The notes beneath the pieces were generated by a model. That model did no database searches. It was given only the letters and a program-made list of their open reading frames with translations, and was not told the origin of the DNA. A program made the position numbers and the translations under genes. From Raillietiella orientalis (taxonomy: Eukaryota), in assembly GCA_036172245.1 (NCBI GenBank), contig JAYWIR010000016.1, positions 372,001 through 436,000 on the forward strand: a stretch of DNA of 64,000 nucleotides, in the 5' to 3' direction. Of this stretch, positions 38,101-50,670 are shown one piece after another. Within the stretch, counting starts at the first letter, position 1. Each line of letters starts with the position of its first letter.

Positions 38101-39700
38101 GGAAAGAGATGAAATACATAGTCGTAAATATGATTAGCAGCTGCAATGCTGGCATCACGGCATTTCCTCCGAGGAAGACGAGGGGAGAAAAAAAAATCAA
38201 TTCGTAATTGCCAGTGCTTTTCGTTTCGAAGAGCACGTTGTTAGGGACAAAACCATTAGTCCGTTTCATCGTCTCGAAGGAAGTGACTGCTCGTACACCG
38301 CCAAAACTGCGAATGTTTGCAGACGGAAAAGGCGTTCCGGAAGCACCTTGGATCCGGGACCGCAAGGCCAAGCAGCGGCATCCAGTTCGCTGTCCGTGGT
38401 CGGACGCACCACTCCGTCTGGGAAGTCGCGATGCCTGGAGGAAGTTCGTTGAACAGCTCGGTGGGACCACACATGCACAGCTGCGCTCGGCTACCAAAGA
38501 AGACGCTCCAGAGGAAACTTAGATAGGGTGCTGACAACAGTTTGCACGCCCTTGTAGAACAGTCCTTCTCTTCTCTGGCTTCATCCCTGGGTTCCAGGAA
38601 GAGGCGTTGGGGAAGAGCGTAGAAAGGACCTCTTTTTGTTCGAGACAACCTCGTGCAATGGTCCTGGGATCACCCGCCTCGTTCTGCCAGAAAGAGCCGC
38701 AATCCAAGGGGAGCAGCAGACTCGACTCGAACTCCACTCCTGCTCCCCTTTGCAGTGGTCATCTCGAACGCCGGAGATCCCGCACATGCGAGGTCGCAGC
38801 CAAGGATGAACGGTTTCCGAGGGCAACATGCCCAGGCAGGCTCAGTGTCGAGGGATCCCTGGGAGTCTTGCGACAAGACCTCACCGAACCGTTACCGGGG
38901 CCATTTGGGGAAAGGGGGGAGGTACGCAGCGTTCATCGCAACGATCCTTCGCCCCGTTCGAAGCCACGCCTTTCTGAGATCCGAACGGCAGAATCGACAG
39001 CGGACCGCGGTCCATGCTCCTGCACTCCACCGCCACTGCCCACACGTCTTCAGAAGTTTGAGTGATCTCTGCAACGACAAGACCTCTTGTCCTCTGAGGG
39101 CCAGGAAACAGCTGCTGAACAGAGAGGCAGTGGGCTGTCCGCAGAGGTTTCCATCGGATTGGGAAATCCAGGATGCAGGTTTGCCTAAGGAAGCCTGGAA
39201 AAGCTGTAGCCTCGACCTCGGTTCAGTGGGGCATCGAAAAAGGAAGTGCCACACACGGTGAGGGAGACCTGTCTCTGTAGATCAGAAGACTCGGAGCGCG
39301 TATCTGTGAAACCCATGGCACACGATTCTACCGCCTTAGCACACGGAGATGGAACCTTGTGCGAAGATGGAACTCTTTTCCTGACTGCAAACTTGCGCAG
39401 ACTCGCAAAGGAACGCCCTTGCCAGGTACCTTGATTTCTGTTCATCCTTCTTCGCCCATGCGGGTTTGCACCCTCCTCTAAGAGCGCATCCGTGGTGTGA
39501 ATTTTCTGCAGAGATGAAACCAAGCGCAGCTTCGGCAGCTGTCAGCACGTTTGGACCTCGACCACCGCTTTTGGCAGGAGGTGCAGAAGAACTTTTCTTT
39601 CAAGAGTGTCTACAGGCACGCAGACCAGAGGATTCTCTCATCGGTCTCCATGCAAGAGGCTCGAAGTCAACCATGATGACCCATCTTTCAGTCTGAAAAG
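32193..39700 (-). mobile_element. Near full-length decayed APE-type LINE (ORF1, APE, RT, CCHC, 3' UTR), containing SINE copy C
   Basis: Ordered remnants on the minus strand: knuckle-like LPGHVA (~38830), PPDMN resembling GDFN (~37750), SGTLRGCAF resembling GVRQGCPL (~35000), FSYLA resembling YLG (~34600), CATCGTVESLPHLLFEC (~32740), family 3' stem-loop at 32193. Confidence 0.7.
35755..36320 (-). mobile_element. Long SINE, copy C (head missing; internal-deletion variant)
   Basis: Body matches copies F and G; its shortened 3' end matches copy E. Confidence 0.8.
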
Positions 39701-42090
39701 TCAGCTCACCTTCCGGGAGGATTCTGATGCACACCTATGATTCTATAAGACGTGTTTGGGTAGCGATACTCTCCTCCCATCCTCAACTGCTTAGAGATCA
39801 AAACTGATGTTTGGATGCTGGAGATTCCAATGTTCTTCTCTCTGCTTCAGGCAACTGTATTTCTTATCATGTTCTTGACTGAAAATCGAGAATCTCTTCA
39901 CTGACAGCAGCGGAACAGCCACTACATTCTAAGACTGTTCATGTCATAGCTTTTCATTCTCCAGGGAGACGATAAGCAATTGGATGACTCAGTCAAGTGC
40001 CTAGGCATTCCTGTTTGTTCTTGTTTTTCCTGACAAAGATCTGGGCCTGCGCTCATTGCATTGTCTTATAAGGATGCAGATTGCCCTGCACAGGAATACG
40101 GGGAATGGGAAGAGTATACCTTCTGGAATAGCACCGTGTACATCAAGGGAGAACGGAACGGATTATTCCGAATCACGTGACTACCGTCGTTTTATTTCTG
40201 CGACTATGCAAATGGCACCAATGCTTTCCTAACAGACTGACCCAGGGGTGGGTTGCTGCCCCGCCCGTACATGAATCGCGCCCTTCACTACTGTGAGGAC
40301 CTACAAATTCACGGTCTTGAGCCGCCTCTTTTGTTAGGAGCGACCTTCCGATAGATTAACCTACAGCAGGCCACCTACCTGGCTGTTGGATTCGTTCCCG
40401 AATCCCTCTGCTGCCGACTCCCCTTCCCGAGGGCAATCTTCGCCTCCATGACTGTCGAAAAAACGTTCAGCTTCCCCTTTATGGGTGCTTCGGGAAGCTT
40501 GGAAGGGAGGATCTCCTGTTTAATGCCACAGAGGCGACACTCCATAGAAAAAGCCTTGCTGGGTGCACCGAGGGTGTTTGGAGAATCCGCGCTTCCTTCT
40601 TCGCGGAGGATGACTTCTTAGCCTCGCGTTCCGAGAGGAAGGATTCCTTCTTAGAAAGGCAGGAAGAGCAAGTCATCCAAGACTTTTTTCTCTCTGGAGG
40701 AAAGTAACAGTTCGAGAATTTCTTGGAAGCCAAAGTGCGCCTCCTCGTTCCCGTGTTCCCTAAGCTCCGGGAAATCGACTGAATGCAAATCCTCAGACGT
40801 TCAAGGGGTCCCTAACTGAGGTGCGACTCCAAAGTACAGCCTCCATGAGGTCGGTTCCATGATGCTCCGGACTTTCTTAGAAGGGAGCGGCTGGATAGAA
40901 AGTAGAGCACCCTTACTCTTCTAAGGAACGGCTAACTCTTCAAGAACCCCGAGCAGAAATAGGAATAAAGGATATCGCCTAAAGCAAGACACTCTTCCGT
41001 GCTTTCAAAAGGTCAGCAAACTGCGACCCGGTAGTTGACCATGAGGGAGCGCTCGTTGATTGTTCCTGAGAGTACGAAAGTGTTTCTGGGCAGTTGGCAC
41101 TTCTGAGCAGATGAGCTCTTGTGGAGATCGATGCTCAGGAGCGTTTTGGAGACTTTGAATCCAAAGAATTAGATTTTGTAGCTGACCCGTTTGAGGAAAG
41201 GTGAGACATGACTAATGATAGGTGTTCGCCGATCAGGAATGGATACGCAATGGAGGGGGATTGTCTGCAGACAAAGAACCTCGTCAACTTTTTCCTTTGC
41301 AGGGGATGCATTAGGAAAACAAAAAGAAAACGGGTAGTCAAGATGATGAAAAAAATGGCTCACAATCACTAGAGATGCCATCCGCCATTTAAGCAGTACC
41401 CTTGAGGAAAATATCCCACAAGAAGCACTGCAGAGCTTTAGTAGACGTGAAATCAAATAGTCGACTCTGCAGGATTCGCAGCATTTTTTTTCCTGGTAGA
41501 GATGGATGCTGAAACGCTGCGTTGGGAGGCGCAGCAATATTCGGATCAACTCAATCAACAATCACGACGCTCTGCTGAAGTCGTATCTCCACGGAGACTC
41601 CTTCAGGAATGAGAGCGCATTCGTGATGTCCTGCTTCGAAAGTTCACACGATTCGAGTCTCCAGCTGCCCTTCTTGGATCCCGCATTCCTAAGGGTCAAG
41701 AGCTGGAAGAGTGGAAGGTAGGGAAAGTAGGCAGCACTCGCCAAACGCGACTACCATCCCTCTCTTTGCTGCTCCTCAGTCTGGATGCAAACTTTTGCAC
41801 TTTGATACCTCCAGATTTACAGATTCCCTCCATTGGAGGGAGCTCATCTACACAGTTTGCGAGAAGTCGACTCCAGCTTTGACGAAGCATTGTGTCTATG
41901 ACGTTGCTAATAGCAGCGTGGGGTGAATGCTTCCCAGGTGCAGGTTCTGGAAACGGATGTTTGATGAGCGTTCTGCTGACGCATCCCCCAGAACATCCTT
42001 CAGAGAGCCTGGTGATTAAGGCTGTCGAGTGTCCTCACCCGTTGGAAACGAGGGTGCAGAAGATGTAGCAATGGGGGATGAGGAGCATCG
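39700..42090 (-). mobile_element. Older decayed APE-type LINE, 3' portion (APE C-terminal part and RT)
   Basis: AGVDF resembling GGDFN (~41870), KKGSWRLES resembling GYWKLN (~41660), LHSVDF resembling LSLDF (~40780), QQG (~40555). Confidence 0.5.
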
Positions 42091-45000
42091 ACTTTGCAGC
42101 TCCAACAAGGCTGTCTTCGTGTTCAGGGGGCCGTGGAAGACACACAGGAAAAGACACGAGTTGAAGTTGCTTCCGCGTTTTCAGGGAGTTGGATCAGTGG
42201 TGGTGGTGGTGGTGGGGTCATGGGGTCATGGGTGGATCTGGTTGGGCAAGTAGGGTCGTTTGTTTACCACAGGGGCGAGCGGACATGGGGCTTTGGTGGT
42301 AGGCTGATGCTGCCTTGTGCAGATGTCCCTGGATGTATGAGTCACAGCTGCGATCATTCTGGCTGTGAGAGGTTTTGCGTGTAGCTCAGGAATGCCAAGC
42401 CTAGCCAGACCTAGTCATCATTCTTTGGGTCCCAAGCTCCAAGCTTATTGATGATGAGCGCATCTACGTGGATCGTTCTGCTGGAGCTGCGAACGTATTG
42501 AGCAATCTGGGAGCACTTTTTCTTCGCTGGCAATTTTGAACGAGTGTCGGCGGTTCTCGAAGGGGTTGACGACATCAATTATGTCTGCTTGAGAATCGTC
42601 ATAGGCAATGACATCGGGTCGGAGGGGGGAGTTCGCATCGCCCACTTGTCGATCAACCTGCAGTCTAGGCCGGTAAGGGCACGAGGCTTCAGCTAATTCC
42701 CTCAGAACCCAGTTGCGTTGCTAGGGGCAATGGCAGTGCCAAGGTGATATTAGCAGTTGGCGAGCAGGTGACAAAAAGATTTCTTCGGTCAGGTTCGATT
42801 TTCTCCTGCATTTTTCAAAGAATCCGGGACGCTTCATGTTCTCTTTCAGTGGCAGCAGGTTCGATCGTGCACGGTGGATAAAGCTTCAATATGGGAAGCG
42901 GAGAATCTCAAACCTTTGTAGGAAACTGCTGGAGGCTGGTTGCAACGAGGTACAATCCATGATCCTGCCCTGGTCTGGTTTGGCGACCAGGATGTAGGTT
43001 CTCCTCATTCGTTGTGTCGGCCGAATTGTCCTGGCCACTTGGCGTCTCCTTCAAGAGATGATCCGTTTACCTGGGACTGAGAGGCCCATAGGATCATCCC
43101 GAACGGACCAAGTCAGCGGGAGTCTCTTGGGGAATTGTCGTACTGCAGACCAGAAGCTCCTCGGATCGCCGAAGCATGCGCCAAACGGAGGCCCACAGTC
43201 CCCGTTCAGGTATCGGGCAAGGATGATGTTTGTCGGGAGACAACGGGATTCACTCCCTGCACTAAGGGAGCTGCGCGCGAGTTAGAGCACTCCAGGGCCA
43301 GGGGAGAACAAAAGCTTGAACGCGCAGTCGACACACATGAAGGAGCTCTCTTCTTGAAGGAGGGAACAGTCCATGCCTTTAAGGAAGAGTACTGTATAGA
43401 GGTGCCCCACGAAAGCAGCTCGGGGTATGGGAAGCACTTCGGATTTTAGTGCTTTTTTAACGACTTTGTCTAGCCGCTTCCAGAAGCCAAGCGGCTTCAG
43501 GTGTAGCCAGAGAGAGTGAGTGAGGGAAGGAAGGAAGAAGACCTCAAGGTTGTCCAATGTCTGCCAAGGAACCGGGGTCAAGTATCCATTCCAGATTCCG
43601 AAGAATTTCCTCTTCCCCAGCATCCAATCGCAGGGCATCAAAACCTGCCGGTTTTTCTAGATATTCGTATACTTCGCTGTCTCGAAGTGCCGGGATGGCC
43701 GTTTTGTTAACGAATAACAGCGTAGGCATCGTGCTGGTGGGGGAGAGGTGGGATACGTGGAAGGAGCCGCACTTATTGGGATCGGAAGGCCGCATCTCCT
43801 GGACGACGTCGTCATGCAGTCAACCGCAGCCTGCAGGTGGGCTGGGAACGGGGCAAGGTCAATGTCGTCAGCATAGGCCAGGTAAAAGGTGTTCAGCCTG
43901 CGTAGTATTGGTTTCAGCGCAAGGTTGAATAGGAGACCACTCAGTGAGCACTCCGGGAGCACCCTTGTCGGACCACATGCAGCGATCTGGACCGAACTCG
44001 ATGTGGTATGCTTCGTCCGGAAGCATGTAGACGAGCCAGCGTAAAGATCGTTAATTCCACAAAAGTCATCTCCTGTTCCTAAGTGTTTTAGAGTTTGCAG
44101 GAGGTATTCATGTGGGATAGAGGAGGATGCATCCTTGAAATCGCTCCCACCTCATCAATGTACGAGAAACATTTCAAGTCAATCCAAGAGATGCAGACGT
44201 TGCACTTGCGTCTTCTGCCGTCTTCTGTGTGGTTCGCGAGGCCCAAGTTATGTTCAGGCACGCCGTCGAAAGGGAGGAACCCTTTCTGCCTGGGGTTGAT
44301 GATGCCGTTGGGGAGGATCCTTAAGCATCTCTCCAGACACTTGGTGAACATTGTCCATCGTCTTACTGATCGCGATCAGTCGGAACTCCGCTAATTCACT
44401 CCCACCGGCGAGGTTATGTTTTGAGATGAGAACTGAATAGCCGTCCTTCCGGTCAGCAGGGAGTTTCCTGTGGGACAGGCGGATGCTAAAGAATTTTGCT
44501 AGGAGAACACACTGAGGATCCTCCCGGAGCAGGTGGTTGCAAGTTGTCCCATTGGAACCAGGAGAGATGTTTTCGCACGCAGTCAGGGACTCGGGCGTCA
44601 CCAGGGAAGAGAAGGGCTAGCGGTCCATGGGGTTGTGTGTGCTGTGTGTGTGAGGAGGGCGAAAAGGGAGGCAGCTCTAAGCCGGCGTCGAACTCAATGG
44701 TGCATGGAGGAGGAAGAAGTGTTGAGCTGTGGCACCCAAGTTCACGCCGCATTGCTTATCGCGAGCACCAAGCACTTCCGTCTTCGCCCTTCTGCGATTT
44801 ACCCGATGCATATTTTGTAATCTGACGCGATTGCACGCTGGAAGAGCCCTATTAGTTCCGTTGGTGGATCTATTGGGATGTCTTGGTCGAATATGATCTT
44901 GTATCCTGATGCGGAATTCATTAAGGAGCAGCAGAGTTTGTTCCCACGAGTCGATTCCTGGGAAAGTACATTCAAGCCTGCTTAGCGCCCTCAAGATGTC

Positions 45001-46893
45001 GTCGTGTGGGAAGGCCTCATGGAAATACGCGGGATGGAATCCGTAGGCGAGCTGCTGGGACTTTGGAGAGCTACATTCCTGTTTGATGGGTGAGTAAGGA
45101 GCGAAGAGACTTGAGGGTAAGCCCTCTTCCTGTCTGAGGGAAACTTCAGGTAGCCAGTGGATGAAGGGGAGGTGCAGGGAAGCAGCGTGCCAATTGGAGG
45201 AGTGTCTTCGTTCGTTGATAAGGCCTGGAACGTGTTAATGCTGTTGGGACGCCTATTCCGATCTGAGCCACGAGCGGGGGTCTCGTTTTATTTTTCCCGC
45301 TAGCCCCGGGGATGTTAACGCTAGTGTTCATCTTCCGCTTTGTGCGGACCACCTGTTAACCATTCTCATTTTGACACTAAGCGGAAGACGCATTCAGCGT
45401 GGCGGCACGGGTCTGCTGTAAACGACTGGCTATCCTTTGGTGCCCTCGCAAGTGGTTCTGTAGTCCCTTTATATTGGGGAACGCCATCTTGCAATGGCTC
45501 AGGGAGCAGTGGAGCCACGAGGAGTTTGAACGGAGAGGTATCGGCAGTTTGCGTGTTCATTTATGTAGATGGGTGAGCTGCGGCGTTTGCAGTCCACGTG
45601 CACGACAGATAAGGAATGTGTGTCTCCTTATGTGTGTCTGGTGTGCACGCAGTAAGTGCCGCTCTTTTGTGAATGCAAGGATCGGATGGAGTACGAGGAA
45701 TCAGTCTCCCATTTGCAATCACTGAAGGTGCACTTCATGTGCCTGTGCTTTTCATTTGAGCGAGACGAAATTTGGCATTTGTTACAAAACGCCCGTATAG
45801 CCGAAACCACTACGCCAAGTGCCTCCTGATGTTTTTTTGCGCGTTCCTCCGCATTTGGAGCCACCGAGGAGCCGGAACAGCCAGAGATGGGGGAAAAAAG
45901 TGGTTTCGACGCATCAAGATCGTGCCACAATTGCAAGTCACCGTCGAGGAAGCAAAGGATATAGGCGCTGGACGTGGAATCCGACATTACGCCGCCTGTA
46001 TCAACAACTGCAGAAGATGTGTTTGATGTTTGTGCCACCCCAGCTAACCACAGCGAGCGTGGATTCAGCGCCAGCTGATGAGATGACCACACCAAGAATC
46101 GCAGGCAGCAAGTACTTGCAGCTAGTACTTGTTGGAGACACGTATGGCGGAGCCACTTGCAATACTTTCTACTTCTGCGGGGTACTACCAACCGCTGCGC
46201 CAGCGGTGCAAACCCCAAACAGGGGAGCCAGTCACCAGAACGAGCCTATGGCATTACAGTCCTTGCCGATCCGCGTGGCGTAAACAACCACAGCACTGCT
46301 AACCACCGTTTGTGGAGCAGTCCTGGGGTCTCGCCTCCTGCAGAAATTCCAACCGGCAGCGTGACCAGCACACACATTCAGTAGGGGCTGCTCGCCTTCA
46401 AGAGAGCTCACCTTTCATCTGAGCCGGGCACATAGTTAGATGTGGGGTACTTTCGAAAGGAAATTTCGGGAACCGATGGGGGGGTAAAAGCAAACTGAAG
46501 CTCATTTAACCGTCAAAGCAGAACTCGTAAAGTAAATCACTGCAGCGGAGGCCGTTAATCAAGGGGGATCAAGTTTTTTGGGTAGAATAATAGCTTTAAC
46601 CAAACCAAGCTCTAGCGACAAATGAGAGATAGAAAGTTTGCAAAAGCAAAGCTTGTTCCAGGTCAACACTCTTCAGAATTCCATGCACAAGGGCTACGTA
46701 CGAGGAACAAGGACACTTTACAACGCTACCTTGACCTGGGGATGGGGCAGCGACCGTACAAGCGACCGAAGGAGAACCAACGACCTGTCCTAGCACGACG
46801 CAGGGGCAGAACCACGGCGTACTGCAGGGGAATGGCGATCGGCGACTTCAAGCACGACATCCTCAGGTTGGAGATAAGTACGACCACCTTGAT
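42090..46893 (-). mobile_element. Decayed R2-superfamily non-LTR retrotransposon of Utopia/NeSL type (zinc-finger region, RT, restriction-like endonuclease)
   Basis: Colinear frameshifted motifs: PISGCS..FCNKC; LQNMHRVNRRRA; RLIAIS; FTKCL...INPRQKGFLPFDGVPEHN...CISWIDL; CSLSGLLFNL...LAYADD; YEYLEKP; PWQTLDNLEVFFLPSL; LRPDVI...IIDVVNPFENR (PD..D endonuclease); LGAWDPKND; SRDI. The 3' boundary is approximate. Confidence 0.88.
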
Positions 46894-46925
46894 ACTTTGA
46901 TCTTAGCCGAAAGGTCGAGATGCAT
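46894..46925 (-). ncRNA. U2: 5' fragment (~nt 1-33) of U2 snRNA fused to the 5' end of the retroelement; not a complete gene
   Basis: Minus strand ATGCATCTCGACCTTTCGGCTAAGATCAAAGT versus the U2 5' end ATCGCTTCTCGGCCTTTTGGCTAAGATCAAAGT as I recall it; GGCTAAGATCAAAGT is exact. Confidence 0.85.
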
Positions 46926-48450
46926 GGGAGCGTGTCTTCCAGGTATGCAGCCTTCAGCTAAGGTGACTCCGTGGATCATCGAGACCAAAAGCCCGCTACT
47001 ATGTTCCTCGAAGGTTGTTCCGTCCTTGCCGAATCTTCCATGGGCACCGGCTGCTCTCTGAAGGCAACTAGTAACATAGGAGGGCAAGGAGGAGGAGGTG
47101 CTAAACCCGAGATTTCCCTTCGGTACAGACTTCCGACAGACTGCACGACAAATTCTTCCTCTGGAGAAAAGCTGCAGTTGGGTGTTCTCTGGCAGTGTGC
47201 GCATATGCCAGCCCCAGGGCCATTGGCAAACTGCTGCAAGGAGAAAGAGATGAAATGGAGAGCTCCTCCAAGCCAGAGTTGATGGCTCTCAAGGAAGCCG
47301 GTCGTCAGCCGCGAGCATCAGCAGATGGTAAAACTCGAGTAGGTAATTCGGAGACGCCGGGGACGCGAACTGGACGCTGACGCATACATATTGCCATGCT
47401 CCCGTACTTGCCAGCTGACCCACAGAAGTGGCCACTGTCGCAGAGATTTCTCAACTCAGACGGGAACTCCATTCAACAGATGTGTCGAGATGAGCGCGTT
47501 TCTCGAAGCGCCTGTCTGCTCTGTCCGTCAACAGAATTCCATTTTGGAGACTTTCGAGAAAGATTCTTGTGCTCCTGGCATCAGCCTGTCATTGCACGGC
47601 TTTTTGTCTTGGAAGTTCCGGGATTGGATGTTCAACTCGAAGATGGCGTGCTCCGCGTCACATCTGTTTTCGACTCCCTCGCACCGAATCTTCGTCTTAA
47701 GGGTCTCCGAAGCTCTCCAAGGAACTTTCTTTAATGCTTTGCCTGTTTGTCTGTCGAGGCTACAGGTATTTCTTGAGTGCCAGTTCACTAAATGTAGCCC
47801 AGGTCAAGAGGCCACCGTGACACGTTGTCAGGTAGTGTCCTCCTGTCGGCCCGGCGATAGACTTGAGGCTGGAGCTCTACTGAGAGAGACAGTAATAAGG
47901 GAAGCCATGAGCCCCTTTGATTACTCAAGGGATATACATTGAAAGCATAGGATGGGCAATGAATACTGAATGCGGCCCTCAAGTCCTTGACAAGCTGAAG
48001 AAAGCAGTCAGGTGTCTCATTGCCCGTAGCTACCTACCCGTAGGAATGAAACGAAAATCACATTATGCGTGGTGAAGGAACGCGATGCAAGCGGTATAAA
48101 GCAAAAACTGTTACAAGAGGACTTTCAGAAACCTCACGGAAGGAAAATGGAGCCATTGTGATGCAAAGGAAACAAAACTCAAACTGCCTATGACCTTAAC
48201 TCAGGAGGAAAGTGGACACTTCAGAGCATGCTTGTCGAAGTTCTGGTGAAAAGCTCATTTCTAGAGAAGGCAGTCCTCTGTACCTTTATCTGCGGAAGAG
48301 TAGCAGACCTCGGTGTTGCCTTGGTTAGCGACAGTTGTGAGCAAGTCGCTGCGCAGTAGTTCTCTGATAGGAAGTTCCTCCCTGTTCCAGGGTCACGCCG
48401 CTGCAGGAATAGCATTTCATCGGCCGCCCGCATGCAAAGACATGTCCTGA
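46926..48450 (-). mobile_element. 5' portion (ORF1 and APE N-terminus) of the LINE interrupted by the Utopia-like element
   Basis: HFCGSAG knuckle-like remnant (~47420); AYLEDT resembling FLQET immediately before the U2 junction. Confidence 0.5.
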
Positions 48451-48630
48451 TGGTGCTGATTTCTGATTTCCTTCGGCTCTTCCAGAAGCCTCATCGGCGC
48501 CATCCCCGTTTTCCTTTGCTTTTCACCGAGATCCGCAGCCAAGGTCGGTATGAAGAGCTCGTGTTGGGGTCTGCGAACGTTTCAGGAAGTGGACGCCTGG
48601 AAACAAAACACAGCCACGGCAGCTCAGAAG

Positions 48631-49756
48631 TTTTCCAGTTTTCCACCAAGTCACGACGGGGAGTTTATCTCATAAAAAAGAAACCAGTTGGGAACTGCGT
48701 TTCGAGGACAAAAGAATTTCAAGAGGAGGGTCCACCGACACGCAGGACGGGATAACAGAAAGTCCGGAACGGGGAAGGGGATTGGTGGACAGCCAAAGAA
48801 AATAAATGCCGTGAGATGGGGCAGGGATCTTTGAGTTCGCTCCGTGTGCACAGGGATTAATACAAAAACACTATGAAAGTTTCGGGGAGAACGAGGATGC
48901 GGAATGAGAAGAAACAAACAAACAAAGGGAGGCAGGGGACAAGGGTCGCCGGTGTCCGCCATTCCTACCTCTCCTCAAACTGGTGCTAGGTGCCGGCGAT
49001 CTCCTCCATAACTTCTTGTACCAGGTGAGGCCACCCTGCAGCCATCTTCATGTAGACGGCTGCTATCCCGGTGACCTCCCTTCGCTGCTTGGTCGTCTCG
49101 AGCATATGGAGGGCCGTCACGATGGCACGAATGCAACCCGTGGTTGTGATCACCGCGACAGTCGAGAACCCTCCCTGAGCGAAGAGCTGGCGCAGCACAT
49201 CTCGGGCGGTGTCCTCCTGATGAAGGAGTGCTGCTACCACAGTTCCTGGAGGGCACCGCAGTCCAAAAGCAGGTGCGGGATCGATTCCGCCGACCCTCAC
49301 CTGACACAGTTCGGGGATGCACCCACTGCGGAAACTCGGTGGACCCGTTCGTTGGACTGCAATCCCAGTGGAGGAAGAGCAGCACGGCCTGTTTCCAGGA
49401 GAGGGTGAACACTGAAGTGTCCAAACAATGGAGAAGGGCCACAAGTTCTTCGGAGGCAACTCTCAAAAGTTCGCTCCACCGAGGAGTCCCATCGCCAAAG
49501 CACGCAGAGTGGTAGCATCCACCAGCCCGCGCGCCTTCCAGTCGCCAAGGATTTCGTCTTTCCCGCGATTGTGCAGGAAAAGTCCCATCTCGCCAGTCGG
49601 CCACTGTCGTCTCTTGACATGAGGGCAGACAGCGCTGCAACAAGCAATGCAGCGGCCAGGGTCGACCACTTCACCACACCCTGCATCACCACTTCCAGAG
49701 ATCGTGGCAGCAGATGTCGCAGGGGACAGAGAACTTCCGGGCACATCCCTTGAAAT
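48631..49756 (-). mobile_element. 5'-truncated LINE with possible 9-bp TSD
   Basis: 3' end gataaactccccgtcgtgacttggtggaaaa; ORF2 remnant AVITTTGCIRA...AAGWPHL; gctcagaag at 48622-48630 and 49757-49765. Confidence 0.72.
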
Positions 49757-49837
49757 GCTCAGAAGCTGATTGGCTCGAGCAGTGCGGTCGAGTGGAAAGA
49801 GGCGTTCAAAACAACTGCAACCGATGAAATTGATGTG

Positions 49838-50143
49838 ATTTGTTTTTCTTTTTTTGGTTCTCCGAGTATGGAAGTACCGTTAAGTACCATCTAGGGGCTC
49901 ACGAAGGTCTTTGACACCGCCCACGCCACCCGAGGGTGCGGATAACTCTTCAAGTTATAAGGAATACCCTAGGGGGTGACCACCCTATGAATCCAGATAG
50001 ACTCCAGAAGAAGGAGTCTGCTCCTCTCACTCCCGGGAGGAAACCTCTAAGGGAACTCTCTCCCTGGTCGTCTCCGAAGGGAATTTCTTCCTTGTTCTCT
50101 CCGGAGAGACCCCCGGTGAGACCACTCTTTGTTTCTTCTCCGA
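49838..50143 (-). mobile_element. Long SINE, copy D (3' part with A-rich tail)
   Basis: ccacgccacccgagggtgc...ctcttcaagttata...caccctatgaatccag shared with copies B, F and G. Confidence 0.75.
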
Positions 50144-50670
50144 TTTCTACCCAGACATTCCGGGGCGTTTATTAAGATTTAAAATGAACTCCTATATTGT
50201 GATGGCACACGTGGTGCTACCACATCCATATTTGTCCACGGATCTGTCGGGTCGCCTGTATGCAGACCGGCGGGGTCGAGCTCGACGGCGGAAGGGGATG
50301 GGAGGAAACAAAAAGAAAAATAGAGAGTAAATAAAAATACATAAAAATCTTCGGGAGGGTCGGGAAGGGACCACTGCTCACTGGAGGCAGTCTGCATCCT
50401 TTCCAGGATGTCTAGGTCTCTCCAAACAGGTCCAAGGTGGGGTCACCTGGCGGCCATTCGCAGGAAGCGAACTGCAAGCTGGACGGCGTCCCTCCCATCC
50501 CGTCCCCTGTCGGCTTCGCTCCAGGCCGCCCCAATCCATCCATTGGAGTCTCGTCCGCGGCGAAGGGAGGCCACCAGCACGGCAGCCGCCTAAATGAGGA
50601 CGTCTACGAGATGTCCTCACCTGCCAGAAGAAGTCATCAGAGAGGTCGCCACCATGCATAGCCGCTTTTA
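50144..50670 (-). mobile_element. Short 5'-truncated LINE abutting SINE copy D
   Basis: 3' end aataaacgccccggaatgtctgggtagaaa and a 3' UTR like that of the other copies. Confidence 0.68.

Noticed and set aside
46600..46893. HDV-like ribozyme at the 5' end of the R2-superfamily element
   Set aside because: I could not identify the nested pseudoknot by eye; it would need a covariance-model or RNAMotif search
46894..46925. Complete U2 snRNA gene
   Set aside because: Similarity stops before the branch-point recognition sequence; no Sm site or 3' stems seen
49880..49940. Helitron 3' end (hairpin plus CTAG)
   Set aside because: CTAG occurs in only one copy, and homology continues to an A-rich tail
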